Shown here: piece after piece, positions 26,279 to 36,904 of the stretch
Layout: every line of letters begins with the position of its first letter
Numbering within the stretch: position 1 is the stretch's first letter
Source: a virus
DNA: 64,000 nucleotides
IMG/VR virus record: IMGVR_UViG_3300043436_003324
Strand: one strand, 5' to 3'
Program-made: the position numbers and the translations under genes
Notes under the pieces: model-generated
What the model saw: the letters and a program-made list of their open reading frames with translations, nothing else
What the model was told of the DNA's origin: nothing
Database searches by the model: none

Positions 26279-28348
26279 ATGAAAAATTCTCTACTTATTT
26301 TTTTTCTTATACTAACAAGTTTTTTTGTTAGATCACAAGTAAGTTCTTACACATTTGGAACATCAACAGGGACATACACACCAATAGTTGGGGGTAGTAA
26401 TTATGATAATTTTACAAGTTGGTCAAATACAAACTTTTTAGATGATAATAGTTCATCAGTATTAGAATCAATCGGATTTAACTTTGTTTATAATGGAACA
26501 ACGTATACCCAATTTGGGGTTAACACTAATGGATTTATAACATTAGGGTCATTACCAACTAGTAGTTATTCTCCATTATCAACAGGAACTTCAAATAATG
26601 TTATATCTGCAATGGGTAATGACATAATAGGTCGTGGGTCGTTATTGGCGAATAGAACTTCAGGTGGTGCGGTTATTACAATAACTGGTGGCGATATAAG
26701 TCAAATATTGGTTGGGGATAAAGTTAGTGGTACGGGTATTCCTGCAGGTGCCACAGTATTATCTAAAACCGCAACAACTGTCACAATTTCTGCAAATGCA
26801 ACAAGTGCGGGTACTGGGTTTCATTTTAGATTTAGTAGGTCAACATTTGGTATCAGATTTCAAACAATAGGAACATCCCCTAATAGGACGTTAGTTGTAC
26901 AATGGACAGGTTGGCAAAGATACACCACATCGGGTGGTTTTGGGGAGTTATATAACTTTCAGATAAGATTAAATGAGACGACTAACACAATTAATACTGT
27001 CTATAATATACAAGGACCAACAAGTGCCACCGCAAGGACGTTTGAGGTAGGTTTAAGAGGGTCCTCAAACACTGATTTTAATAATAGAACAACCACAACA
27101 AATTGGGCATCAACAACCGCAGGTACTTTAAATAGTTCAAGTGTAACACTTTCAAGTACAGTTAAACCAACTTCAGGATTAATATATACGTGGACACCAC
27201 CCGTTATTCCCGTTTGTTCAGGAACACCAAACCCAGGAAACACACTTTCTTCTTCATTAACAACGTCACCAAACGGAACCGTAAATCTCTCACTACAAAA
27301 CACTACAACAGGTACGGGAGTAACTTATCAGTGGCAGAGTAGTCCAGATAATTCAACATGGACAAACTTTGGAACGTCATCCTCTACCCAAACATCACCA
27401 CCAATCACTTCACCTACTTGGTTTAGATCTACCGTCACTTGTTCAGGAAATAGTGGAATATCAACACCTATTCAAATAACATTATCATATTGTACATATA
27501 ACATAACTAATAATGACCCTACAGGTATTACTTCTGTAACGTTTGGTACAATATCAAATACAAGTATTGGTGGTCCGGCCTACAGTGATTTTACCTCACA
27601 ATCAACTACCGTAGAACAGGGTGGTATTTATCAATTAAATGTTAATGTAAACACAGATGGTAATTGGACAGTAAATACAAAGGTTTGGATAGATTGGAAC
27701 CAAAATTACATATTTGAAGTAGGAGAAGAGTATTCTTTGGGTAGTGCAATAAACACCGCTAATGGAATTACATCATTATCCCCTTTAAATATAACAGTAC
27801 CAAGCGGAGCAACTTTAGGAGAAACTAGAATGAGAATAGTATCAGTTGAAGCAAGTAATCCTGCACCATTATCGTGCGGTACACAACTTTATGGTGAGGC
27901 TGAGGATTATAAACTATTAATAACACCACCAACAAGTCTTCCTGTAGAGTTAATATATTTTGAAGGTTTTGGTTATCAATATTATAACACTTTAAAGTGG
28001 TCAACTGCGTCGGAATATAACTCAGATTACTTTTCACTTGAAAGAAGTGTGAATGGTGAACAATGGGATTATGTTGGAGCCACAAAAGCAACGGGAAATA
28101 GTACACAAGTGGTTAATTACCTATATGTGGATAATTTTAGATTTAATGGGTTTATTTATTACAAATTAAATCAGTTTGATTTTGATGGTAATTTTAAAGT
28201 GTACGGTCCAATATCAATTAATAATACACACACAAATAAAAAGGTAGTTAAGTATATTAATATATTGGGTCAAGAAGTAAGTTCAGAAACAAACGGGTTT
28301 ATTTTTGAGGTCTATGAAGACGGTACAACTAAAAGAATAATTAGATAA
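26279..28348 (+). CDS. Secreted GEVED-domain protein with T9SS-like C-terminal region
   Basis: Signal peptide ...FFVRSQ; VWIDWNQN...GETRMRI...GEAEDY; LPVELIYF; C-terminal KYINILGQEV...YEDGTTKR. Confidence 0.75.
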   Translation: MKNSLLIFFLILTSFFVRSQVSSYTFGTSTGTYTPIVGGSNYDNFTSWSNTNFLDDNSSSVLESIGFNFVYNGTTYTQFGVNTNGFITLGSLPTSSYSPLSTGTSNNVISAMGNDIIGRGSLLANRTSGGAVITITGGDISQILVGDKVSGTGIPAGATVLSKTATTVTISANATSAGTGFHFRFSRSTFGIRFQTIGTSPNRTLVVQWTGWQRYTTSGGFGELYNFQIRLNETTNTINTVYNIQGPTSATARTFEVGLRGSSNTDFNNRTTTTNWASTTAGTLNSSSVTLSSTVKPTSGLIYTWTPPVIPVCSGTPNPGNTLSSSLTTSPNGTVNLSLQNTTTGTGVTYQWQSSPDNSTWTNFGTSSSTQTSPPITSPTWFRSTVTCSGNSGISTPIQITLSYCTYNITNNDPTGITSVTFGTISNTSIGGPAYSDFTSQSTTVEQGGIYQLNVNVNTDGNWTVNTKVWIDWNQNYIFEVGEEYSLGSAINTANGITSLSPLNITVPSGATLGETRMRIVSVEASNPAPLSCGTQLYGEAEDYKLLITPPTSLPVELIYFEGFGYQYYNTLKWSTASEYNSDYFSLERSVNGEQWDYVGATKATGNSTQVVNYLYVDNFRFNGFIYYKLNQFDFDGNFKVYGPISINNTHTNKKVVKYINILGQEVSSETNGFIFEVYEDGTTKRIIR

Positions 28349-28351
28349 AAA

Positions 28352-28579
28352 TTATTCTTCGGGGGAATTGTTTTTAGATAGTATTCTGATAGCTTTAGAT
28401 AATACTTCTGTTTCTCCAATAGAGAAAGATCCTCTATTATAGGATGATTTTACCGACTCAATTAAGTAGTATAATGCGTATTCTTTATCCATTGTAGATA
28501 ACATTACTTCTAAATGTTCTTCAGACAAAAGAGTTATATTATCAAAAAGTACCCCAAAGTTTTTATTTTCTTGTTCCAT
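28352..28579 (-). CDS. Small hypothetical protein
   Basis: 75-aa ORF. Confidence 0.65.
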   Translation of the reverse strand: MEQENKNFGVLFDNITLLSEEHLEVMLSTMDKEYALYYLIESVKSSYNRGSFSIGETEVLSKAIRILSKNNSPEE

Positions 28580-28607
28580 AATTATTAAATGTGATATTTA
28601 TATAATA

Positions 28608-29297
28608 ATGAATATAAAAGACATTGTAAATAAAATTATTAAAGAGGCTTTATCAGAGAGTGATTATAGTAATACTATAAATCAAACTTCAGGTAGAGGT
28701 AAAAAAATTGTTCCAATAAAGGAGTCAGATACCACAATTACTGCGGGTCAGTATAATGGACCAATTGAAATTGGGTTAAGGAAGTGGAAAACTCACCATT
28801 TAGCTCCGTTTACATATGAATTAGATCACGAGGTAAATCACCTTAGCAAACAAAAAACACTTAAAAATAACATTAAACGTGTTGTTGGTATGTGGGACAA
28901 AAATAAAGATAATTCTTATGAATATGAAGTATATGATGCCCACACAATTTCTGAAGATCTTGCCGTTTGGTTTGGTAAAAAGAAAAAACCAAAAGGATCA
29001 AAACAACCAAAAGGACCGTGGGTTGATATTTGTCGTAAGGTTGATGGTAAACACCCACCTTGTGGTAGACCTGACACAAATAAAGGATCTTACCCTAAAT
29101 GTAGAGCGGCTGGAGTTGCTGGTAAAATGAGTGATTCACAAAAAAGATCCGCATGTCAACAAAAAAGAACCGCCGAGAAAAAAGACACACAAACAGGAAA
29201 AGGACAAAAACCTATTATGACATCATACAAAACTAAAAAAGAATCCGTAGATTCTTTGGTTGATAACATTTTAATCGAAATTAGAAACTCGTTCTAA
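28608..29297 (+). CDS. Hypothetical protein with leader motif and basic Cys domain (WVDIC..PCGR..YPKCR)
   Basis: 229 aa; TATTTAT at 28595. Confidence 0.75.
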   Translation: MNIKDIVNKIIKEALSESDYSNTINQTSGRGKKIVPIKESDTTITAGQYNGPIEIGLRKWKTHHLAPFTYELDHEVNHLSKQKTLKNNIKRVVGMWDKNKDNSYEYEVYDAHTISEDLAVWFGKKKKPKGSKQPKGPWVDICRKVDGKHPPCGRPDTNKGSYPKCRAAGVAGKMSDSQKRSACQQKRTAEKKDTQTGKGQKPIMTSYKTKKESVDSLVDNILIEIRNSF

Positions 29298-29699
29298 GAT
29301 ATTATGTAGAGAGTTAGTAATCTGTGAATTAACGTCAATTTCATACTTAAGTCTTCTCTTATCTGCCTCAAGATCAAAAATATATGTTAATCTTTCCCAA
29401 TCCCTTTCATGTAATTTAACATTATAATTATAAACGTGATTAGTGATTTCAACTCTACGATCTGTCATTGTTACAAAAATTTTCATATCGTCATTTTTAA
29501 GATAACGTTTATCAGACATTGGGGCTATCATAAATTCTGTATCGCTATGTTGTATTATTTTAAGACATATTTTAAAACAAGTCTTTTCATATGATAGGGT
29601 TTCATCTTGATAAGTTGGTATAATACTTGAAGATTTTTTTGACCAAATGTAAAATTTAATTTTTAATCTATTGAAGAATCTTTTTATTCTGGTTTTCAT
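29271..29699 (-). CDS. Hypothetical protein
   Basis: Probable start MKTRIK at 29699; TATATTTG upstream on the minus strand. Confidence 0.65.
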   Translation of the reverse strand: MKTRIKRFFNRLKIKFYIWSKKSSSIIPTYQDETLSYEKTCFKICLKIIQHSDTEFMIAPMSDKRYLKNDDMKIFVTMTDRRVEITNHVYNYNVKLHERDWERLTYIFDLEADKRRLKYEIDVNSQITNSLHNILERVSNFD

Positions 29700-29767
29700 A
29701 TCTATATAATGTTTGTATCTACAAATATACATAAATTATTTGAATAAAAAATATTTTTAAAAAATTT

Positions 29768-30229
29768 TTAACAGTAAGCTCCTGAACAATGTCTTTTACC
29801 ATCAAGACCTTTAATCTTACCTTTACATACTTGAACAGCGTGTCCGTTCGAATATGCGGAGGGATACACGTCATATTTTGCCTTTGCTGATGCCTTACCT
29901 CTTGCACAAAGAGGCGTTCCTGTTTTTTTTCTACCTTCCGCCATAACCATATCTTTATCATTCATAGACATTCCCATACCGTCTCTTTCCGTCTCATTCA
30001 TTAAAAAATCAAAAACTTGATCCATATTGTTTTTTGCTTCAGAAATATGATCTTGAGCCCAATCGTGACCGTTTTCTAAAATAGATTCAACCATTTCTTC
30101 GTCTAAATCAAGTAACAAATCACATTGTCTTCTCATTTGTTCTAAGTTAGAAAAAAACATATATCTTCCAGACCTATGTTCCTCTTCTTCTCTTAAAACT
30201 TTTTTTATAATTCTGTCTAAATTTCTCAT
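29768..30229 (-). CDS. Hypothetical protein with YPSAY motif
   Basis: Leader LDRIIKKVLRE; C-terminal AKAKYDVYPSAYSNG. Confidence 0.7.
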   Translation of the reverse strand: MRNLDRIIKKVLREEEEHRSGRYMFFSNLEQMRRQCDLLLDLDEEMVESILENGHDWAQDHISEAKNNMDQVFDFLMNETERDGMGMSMNDKDMVMAEGRKKTGTPLCARGKASAKAKYDVYPSAYSNGHAVQVCKGKIKGLDGKRHCSGAYC

Positions 30230-30233
30230 AAAT

Positions 30234-30617
30234 TTAATTATTTAATCCGTTTTGACCACCTAAAGTGATTGCATTTAATTGTGTGACTTCTGTACCGTAA
30301 TTGTCAGTCCAAACTGGATGAGGGGATGGAACGCTTGTCACGGTGTTTCCTGATGGACCACAAATCTCAATACAAATATTCTCTTCTGTGTTTGCACTTC
30401 TTGGTATATCAATAATACATTCATGACAATTATCATATAGGGTCATTGCCGAATATGTTGTTGGTGAAGCGGTACCAGATATTACGGTACCACAAATAGT
30501 TTCTCCTGTTAGTCCATCACTAAATGAATATGTTTCTCCTGTTGTGGGTATAACCGCACCAAAATCGACTATAAAAGTATTTAATGATGAACATTGTTCT
30601 AATGTATAATTTGCCAT
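30234..30617 (-). CDS. Hypothetical Cys/Thr-rich protein, probably structural
   Basis: 127 aa; TATTTAT upstream on the minus strand (30629-35). Confidence 0.7.
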   Translation of the reverse strand: MANYTLEQCSSLNTFIVDFGAVIPTTGETYSFSDGLTGETICGTVISGTASPTTYSAMTLYDNCHECIIDIPRSANTEENICIEICGPSGNTVTSVPSPHPVWTDNYGTEVTQLNAITLGGQNGLNN

Positions 30618-30638
30618 ATCTTTATTTAATAAATATCT

Positions 30639-32111
30639 TTATTTTTTATTTACGATCTGAAATTTAATTTGTTTCTTATAAGTATTTATCTCACCAGAAG
30701 AAATTACTTTTAAATCAATAAAATATTCATTTGGTATCTTATCTCTTGTGTCAAAAATAAAGTAGTATTCATTTGGGGTCTTATTTATTTTTGTCCAATC
30801 TTGAACTTGTACCTCAGTTGTTCCTTCTTTTACATAAACTCTATAAAACACATCAACATTTGGTAATTGTTTATTAGTGGTATATGCTTGTTTAACAATA
30901 ACACCAACTTTTCTAATGTCGGTATTTAAGATCATTTCATCTTGTTTAATTCCATAATAATCAAATCCATATAAAGAAGGATTGTTTGTTGACGTTCCTA
31001 TCTGTATTGATTTTTGTAATGGATATATTGTAAAGTCATTATATATGTCAGGTAAAGAAAAACCATTTAATTTAACATTTGACCATGTGTCGTTAAAGGT
31101 ACAAGGGGTTTTATAACCAATTAAAGGTGGTATAATAACTTCATAAACACCTTTTGTTTTTTGACAAGAACTAATATTGATTAACCCCGGAATTGGGGAT
31201 CCGCTTGAGTCACTTATTGTAACTGACGGTGGTTGGTCTAAGTTTTGAAAATCCCCATCCTCAAACACGTAAAGATAAAGTTTATTTATTTTACCAAGAG
31301 TAAAATTATTTCTATCATCATCTATAAGATCGTCATAGTTTGTTTCTAAAAACGGTTCGTAAAAAGTTTGAGTGTGTCTTGAAAAGAATCCAACAGAATA
31401 TGATCCTGTTGTCCCTGTTAAATTTTCAACCTGTGGTAAAAACGCAATACCCCAACCAACAGGATTTAACGTATCTCCTTTAAGAATACCTTCAATTTCT
31501 TCTGTCATATCAAACTCAATATTCTCATCACCAAATTCAAAGTGTTGGATGTCAACAATTGTTATTGCTGAATAGTTAACTCCTGTACCTGTAGATGTAT
31601 TTAAATTATTGTAAATTCCGGAATTTCCCCAAAAATCTATAGTTGTTGTTTGATACCAATTTGATGGTCTATCTGAAAAGTTTTTATCGTTAGGTACTGT
31701 AGATATAATATTAGCGTAGTCGTAACCAACCCCTTCGTCCCAAATTTGAGGTTTATCAGGATCCAAATCAAAATATGGTATCCTAAAAAGAATTAAATCG
31801 AATGATGTTGCTCTTAATCTACCTTCAGAATTCTTTTCATTTAAAAATTCTTTATTAAAGAATGATGTATTTACCATTCTTAACGTATGTTTAATGTTAT
31901 TATTATCACACAAAGGATTTATAATCCCATCGTTATATTTTTCTTTAAGTAGAGTTAAATCCAAATCAAATATAAATCTACTAAACCCCCTTGGGTTTAA
32001 AAGATCATCATTCCCATAAAACAATTCGATTACAGGGTTTCTACCCGTATTTGTTAAACTGTTGGAAATTATGGTATTATTCCTACTGAAATATGAATTA
32101 TTAATCGACAT
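30639..32111 (-). CDS. Probable baseplate/structural protein
   Basis: 490 aa beta-rich protein next to the gp5-like gene; late motif at 32125-31. Confidence 0.55.
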   Translation of the reverse strand: MSINNSYFSRNNTIISNSLTNTGRNPVIELFYGNDDLLNPRGFSRFIFDLDLTLLKEKYNDGIINPLCDNNNIKHTLRMVNTSFFNKEFLNEKNSEGRLRATSFDLILFRIPYFDLDPDKPQIWDEGVGYDYANIISTVPNDKNFSDRPSNWYQTTTIDFWGNSGIYNNLNTSTGTGVNYSAITIVDIQHFEFGDENIEFDMTEEIEGILKGDTLNPVGWGIAFLPQVENLTGTTGSYSVGFFSRHTQTFYEPFLETNYDDLIDDDRNNFTLGKINKLYLYVFEDGDFQNLDQPPSVTISDSSGSPIPGLINISSCQKTKGVYEVIIPPLIGYKTPCTFNDTWSNVKLNGFSLPDIYNDFTIYPLQKSIQIGTSTNNPSLYGFDYYGIKQDEMILNTDIRKVGVIVKQAYTTNKQLPNVDVFYRVYVKEGTTEVQVQDWTKINKTPNEYYFIFDTRDKIPNEYFIDLKVISSGEINTYKKQIKFQIVNKK

Positions 32112-32131
32112 TTACTTTTTTATAATAAATA

Positions 32132-33661
32132 TCAATTAATTCTAATATTTTGATTTAATATTGTATTTGGTGCGTTTAATAGTTGTTCTAAAATTTCTGA
32201 AGTTCTAGTTCCGTCCCTTCCGACAGGTACCGGAGATAATCCATGGAATGGATGTACGTGTGAAATTAAAAATTTAACGATCAAATTAATAAGTTTCATT
32301 AATTCATCTCCCCTAACCATAGGGTCTGTTTTTGGAATTATTTCTTTGGTGTATTTATCTTCTTTTATTCCGTATAATGTTGAACTTAAATCTATTTTTC
32401 CTTTTGACGGTATCTCTGTTCCGTGAGACAAAATAAATACTTTTTCGGCGCCCATTGTTGAATATGTTATTGGTGCGGTTGAGTATAGTATTGGAATATA
32501 TGTTGATTTATTAATTCTAATTGGTCTTGAGGTTTTATTATAGTCCCAAACTAAATTATAACCTGTTTTTGTGTCGTTTGAATTTAATTTAACTTTGTTA
32601 CTTATTTTACTAACATTGTCAATCTCTGTTGGTGTTGCTCCTGTAAGATTTATTAGTTTATCGTAAGTGTTTAGTGTAGGCCTAAAGTAAAATGGAAATT
32701 GATCATAAACGTTATGTATTGTATATCCGCTAATATTAATTGACCCCTCATTAACCCCTTTAATAAAATCATTAATTAATGTGTAAGTTTCCTTTAATGA
32801 TTTACCAACAAATTGGATATAGTATTCAGGGGCCCCTACTATTTGAGACACGTTACTGACAACACTAAAATCTTTTGACTCTAATGATACGTTTAGGGTT
32901 CCTGTTAAATTATACGGAACGTTGTATAAATAAATTGTACCTGTAAATGCGTCCATCGTATTATCAGGATTTATGATGTCCCAATCAACAACTTTTCTTA
33001 TTGGTTTACTATCAACAAATATTGTTTGTTCTTCTTTTTCTTCACCATTTTCGGATTTTGTAGTGTAATTACTTAAATGTAAAAATGCTCTTTTTTCATT
33101 TTCTATTGGGAATTTATTAACATCAAAAATACTATTTGTTTTGCCGGCTCTTAATAGTAATTCATTTTTCTTAACAATAACATCCGCAGTTCCCCTACCC
33201 AATAAAGAATTATCACCAGGTTCAGGAAAGATTCCAAAACTTTTTATATTTCTATATTCACCTTTTTGGTTTTTAAGTGAAAGCGATTGTTTTATTTTAG
33301 AACCTGCGGCGGTAAATTTCTTTGCCGACTCAAAGTACTCAAAATTTGTTGTTTGTGGTGATGAGAATGGACCTTGTATGTAATACTGATTTAAATTATC
33401 AAAAGACTTATCTTGATAAATTATGTTAACTAACTCGTCTTTTTCTGGTATTTGATTAATATAAAACGGTAATAAAGGTATGAATAAAAACGGGTCTCTT
33501 TGAGTCCACGGATCTGTTTCATCACTCCAATTAGGAATAGAGTTAATTACCGCCTGATAATCTTTAACTTCAGGTCTAACTCTTAACCTTCCCAATACCA
33601 TGGGATCTTTATTATCTAAAACAACCCCAGGAAATATTATTTGATTTTCATTACCCGCCAT
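32132..33661 (-). CDS. Baseplate hub/spike protein (gp5/VgrG-like OB-fold N-terminus)
   Basis: GVVLDNKDPMVLGRLRVR N-terminus and a C-terminal HVHPFHG. Confidence 0.7.
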   Translation of the reverse strand: MAGNENQIIFPGVVLDNKDPMVLGRLRVRPEVKDYQAVINSIPNWSDETDPWTQRDPFLFIPLLPFYINQIPEKDELVNIIYQDKSFDNLNQYYIQGPFSSPQTTNFEYFESAKKFTAAGSKIKQSLSLKNQKGEYRNIKSFGIFPEPGDNSLLGRGTADVIVKKNELLLRAGKTNSIFDVNKFPIENEKRAFLHLSNYTTKSENGEEKEEQTIFVDSKPIRKVVDWDIINPDNTMDAFTGTIYLYNVPYNLTGTLNVSLESKDFSVVSNVSQIVGAPEYYIQFVGKSLKETYTLINDFIKGVNEGSINISGYTIHNVYDQFPFYFRPTLNTYDKLINLTGATPTEIDNVSKISNKVKLNSNDTKTGYNLVWDYNKTSRPIRINKSTYIPILYSTAPITYSTMGAEKVFILSHGTEIPSKGKIDLSSTLYGIKEDKYTKEIIPKTDPMVRGDELMKLINLIVKFLISHVHPFHGLSPVPVGRDGTRTSEILEQLLNAPNTILNQNIRIN

Positions 33662-33878
33662 TTCTACTATTTTGTTCTTTTAAAATTGTGTTATATGTTG
33701 TTTCTATTTTGTCTAAATAATTAGACAACATTAATAATTTACTTTTAGTCTGATCAAATTCACCATTTAAAAATTCTAAAACTTTGGTTAAATCTTTATT
33801 AGATTTATTTTTATAATCTTTTACTATTTCCGCTATTTTTTCTGCGTCTTTAATATCCATGTTATATTTTTTTACCAC
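33651..33878 (-). CDS. Small coiled-coil hypothetical protein
   Basis: 75 aa, overlapping its neighbours. Confidence 0.6.
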   Translation of the reverse strand: MVKKYNMDIKDAEKIAEIVKDYKNKSNKDLTKVLEFLNGEFDQTKSKLLMLSNYLDKIETTYNTILKEQNSRNGG

Positions 33879-35763
33879 TTAAATTCATTGGCATTACGAT
33901 CCCGCCAGGAACCCAAGTACCATATCCTGTTATACCTTCTACTTTACTGTTTTCATCTTCTTCTTTTTTATTCGCCTTTAACTGTGAGAAAAGAGACGCC
34001 AATCCTAAATTGGGACTTCCGTCTGGCATAGGACCTGTTGGCAAACCTACTTTTTGATATTCCTCAATAGAATTTACAAAGGCTCTTGATGCCGAATATC
34101 CACTTAATAGTTTTGTTGCGACTAACAAAGGTTTTGGTACCGTATCACCAAATCCACTTATTGCGATTTTTAATAACTGTAAGATTTCATCAACCACTCC
34201 CTTACATTCTCTCCAATCCTTTATTAATCTTGCGACCGTTAAGATTATTTCAATTAGTCTTAATATAATTCTTAATCTTGTTTGAGAGGTCTCTTTTGTT
34301 ACATCTAAAATTATTGCTTGTAATAAGTTTTGAATATCTTTTTTAATGATGTTAAAAAGTTCCTGTATGAATATTGCACCTATTTGGGACATTATTTGGC
34401 TTACCATCCTAAAAAATTTCTTAACAAAATCCATTAAAGATTTTACCAAGTCCCCAATTGTGGACCCAAGAGATTTTAACATTACCATTATCGGTAATAA
34501 AACTTTAGGAGATAGTAATGCAAATAAAATTGATTTAGGTAAATTTTTTAATAGACTTAGATCAAAATTTATTTTAATTCCAAAACCACTATCATTAGAT
34601 GCGTTTACAACCGCAGAACTTGCGTTGTCAACCGTAGCATCAACAGTTTGTCCCGATATAAAAATTAACTCACTAATTGCGTCATTTATTAAAACAGGAT
34701 CTATAGGGACGTTTACATTATCACAATCCTCAAAAACAATAACCCCTTGATAGATATTATTTATTCTTTCCTCTATTTCAAATAGATCAACACTTGTAAA
34801 TTCAAAAAATGATTCGTCAACCTCATCTAATTCTGAAGTTTTTGATGTTCCAGCAACATCTATCTCTTTGTTTGAATCAAAACATAAACCTAAAATTCTT
34901 TGTAAGATTATTTGGAACTTTGAGAAGTCTCCAATTTTTAAATTACCTGAACCAGACTGTATTGATAAAAATCCTGTTAACATCTCAAACAACATAGCAA
35001 TTACATTGTTAAAATCTAAAATATCTAAAGACGCATAATAATCCTTTAATGTTTCTGAAATTTTATTTATACCTGAAGATCTTGACTGTAATGTTACTTT
35101 ATAAAATTGACCTGGGTTACCGATACCGTCCTGTAAAACAAACTCAATATCAAAAAGATTTTGACCCGAAGCCCCTCTATAGTATTGACCATATTGATTA
35201 AAAAATGAGGTACCCAATGATTGTATTCTATTATACAACTCTTTGTTCATTGCAAAAGGAATAGACCCAACGTTTATAGATTGTTTTTCGTATAAAATTT
35301 TATTCTTGTCATCTGATGGATCTTTTTTTAGTAATGATAATAAATCAATTGACCTAACAGGAATATATAATGGTTGGTTTGGATTAAACTCCTGATCTTG
35401 ACTACAACCAATTGTATTAATTGATTCTTTTAAAAGGATCTCGACTAACTTTGGTTTACAATTTGCTAAGGCTCTTACAAATGTTTTTTTTAAATATTCT
35501 ATAGTATTAGCCCCTTTTCTATTTGTTAAACTTGCAATATCAACTAATTCGTCTAATTGTGTTTTTTGTTTTTTTTGAGATCTTTTTTTTTCTTTCTCCG
35601 CCTCTGATTTAGACCTTCTATTTTTTTTAGAATTAACTTCTTCGTTATCTCCTTTTTTCTTAGATAATTGGGCAATATCTTGTCTTACCTGATTATAGGT
35701 TTTCGCGGCGTTTATTTTACTTTTAACATCGCCATAACTAAAGTTTAAATCTTGTGATGGCAT
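33862..35763 (-). CDS. Hypothetical protein, probably structural
   Basis: 633-aa ORF in the baseplate block. Confidence 0.7.
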   Translation of the reverse strand: MPSQDLNFSYGDVKSKINAAKTYNQVRQDIAQLSKKKGDNEEVNSKKNRRSKSEAEKEKKRSQKKQKTQLDELVDIASLTNRKGANTIEYLKKTFVRALANCKPKLVEILLKESINTIGCSQDQEFNPNQPLYIPVRSIDLLSLLKKDPSDDKNKILYEKQSINVGSIPFAMNKELYNRIQSLGTSFFNQYGQYYRGASGQNLFDIEFVLQDGIGNPGQFYKVTLQSRSSGINKISETLKDYYASLDILDFNNVIAMLFEMLTGFLSIQSGSGNLKIGDFSKFQIILQRILGLCFDSNKEIDVAGTSKTSELDEVDESFFEFTSVDLFEIEERINNIYQGVIVFEDCDNVNVPIDPVLINDAISELIFISGQTVDATVDNASSAVVNASNDSGFGIKINFDLSLLKNLPKSILFALLSPKVLLPIMVMLKSLGSTIGDLVKSLMDFVKKFFRMVSQIMSQIGAIFIQELFNIIKKDIQNLLQAIILDVTKETSQTRLRIILRLIEIILTVARLIKDWRECKGVVDEILQLLKIAISGFGDTVPKPLLVATKLLSGYSASRAFVNSIEEYQKVGLPTGPMPDGSPNLGLASLFSQLKANKKEEDENSKVEGITGYGTWVPGGIVMPMNLSGKKI

Positions 35764-36131
35764 TACTTATTAAGTTTGTAGTTTTTATCGTCAGTGTCTT
35801 TATTAATTAAAGATTTTAAAATATCGTCGTCCATTTCTAAATCAGATAAAGTAAAGTTATCTTGTTTTTCTTGAGACTTTTGCCAAATTTGAGCTTGGAG
35901 TTTTGATAGAGAAAGTTTTTTTTCAACACAGTCATTTATAATTTTTTGTTGTTTTTCAATCACAGGACCTATAAGAGTCATATCTTCAGGTTCTTTCATC
36001 ATTGTTAACATTTTATTTTGAATCCTAATTGCGGTATTTCTTTGCTCAACAATTTCATTGTAGATTTCTTGCATTAAAGATAACAATGAGTCTTTAGTTA
36101 AATTAATTTCTTTTTTTGGCGGTCTTGGCAT
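35763..36131 (-). CDS. Helical hypothetical protein; small terminase possible but unsupported
   Basis: 122 aa coiled-coil; late motif at 36136-42. Confidence 0.5.
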   Translation of the reverse strand: MPRPPKKEINLTKDSLLSLMQEIYNEIVEQRNTAIRIQNKMLTMMKEPEDMTLIGPVIEKQQKIINDCVEKKLSLSKLQAQIWQKSQEKQDNFTLSDLEMDDDILKSLINKDTDDKNYKLNK

Positions 36132-36151
36132 ATCAATAAATATTTTTGTTT

Positions 36152-36904
36152 TTATTTTAGGATTTCATTAATTATTTCTTGATATATTTTTTTATATCTC
36201 TTTAAAGAATTCCTTATTTCTTTTGTGGATAAATTTGTCATTTCTCGTATTTCAAATAAAACAACATTTTTATTGAACTTATTATTATTTGTATTTTCAA
36301 CAAAAATATTATTATAGTTTTTAAAGATTTCCATTAAAGCCTCACCTAACTTAATTTCTTGATCGCTAATGTTTTTTTCGTTCATAGAGTCAGATAATTT
36401 AATAATAAATTTATTTATTATTTCCTCAGTTGATACATCATCATTATCTATGTGGTAAATCATATCAGGAGCATTATGTAGGTCCGCAGAGATATCTTCA
36501 TAAGATACTTTACGATTCATTTCTTTTTGGTCTTTGAGTATTTGACCCATAAGATAGTTTTTACATATTGTGCCAAAATACGAGTAAGCCTTTTTTTCTT
36601 TTGATGGTTTAAATTTATCTACTTTAGTCATCAAAAATGAATGAGTGTCTGTATGGATCTCATTAAAATCCATATCTTTTCTGTATAATTTATATCGTCT
36701 TATAATTGACGATATCATTTTATCTAAGGGAAATTTTAAATAATCATTATATATTTTGTTCTTTTCGTCCATTGTAGTTGCGGTTAGATACATTCTAACC
36801 GCAGTCTCTTGTGGTTCGTCAAAATAATTATTTAACTTAGGTTTTCTTCCCTTCTTTTTCTTTTCATCCGTGTCTTCATTTAGTTCAACATTTAATTCCA
36901 TCAA
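36152..36904 (-). CDS. Late-transcription sigma factor (T4 gp55-like)
   Basis: KVDKFKPSKEKKAYSYFGTICKNYL resembles the gp55 region-2 motif (FD...NPFAYFT.I..NAF); C-terminal helix-turn-helix-like segment. Confidence 0.65.
   Translation of the reverse strand: MMELNVELNEDTDEKKKKGRKPKLNNYFDEPQETAVRMYLTATTMDEKNKIYNDYLKFPLDKMISSIIRRYKLYRKDMDFNEIHTDTHSFLMTKVDKFKPSKEKKAYSYFGTICKNYLMGQILKDQKEMNRKVSYEDISADLHNAPDMIYHIDNDDVSTEEIINKFIIKLSDSMNEKNISDQEIKLGEALMEIFKNYNNIFVENTNNNKFNKNVVLFEIREMTNLSTKEIRNSLKRYKKIYQEIINEILK

Noticed and set aside
35763-36131. Confident small terminase call
   Set aside because: Only size, helicity and a late promoter support it, and it is far from terL.
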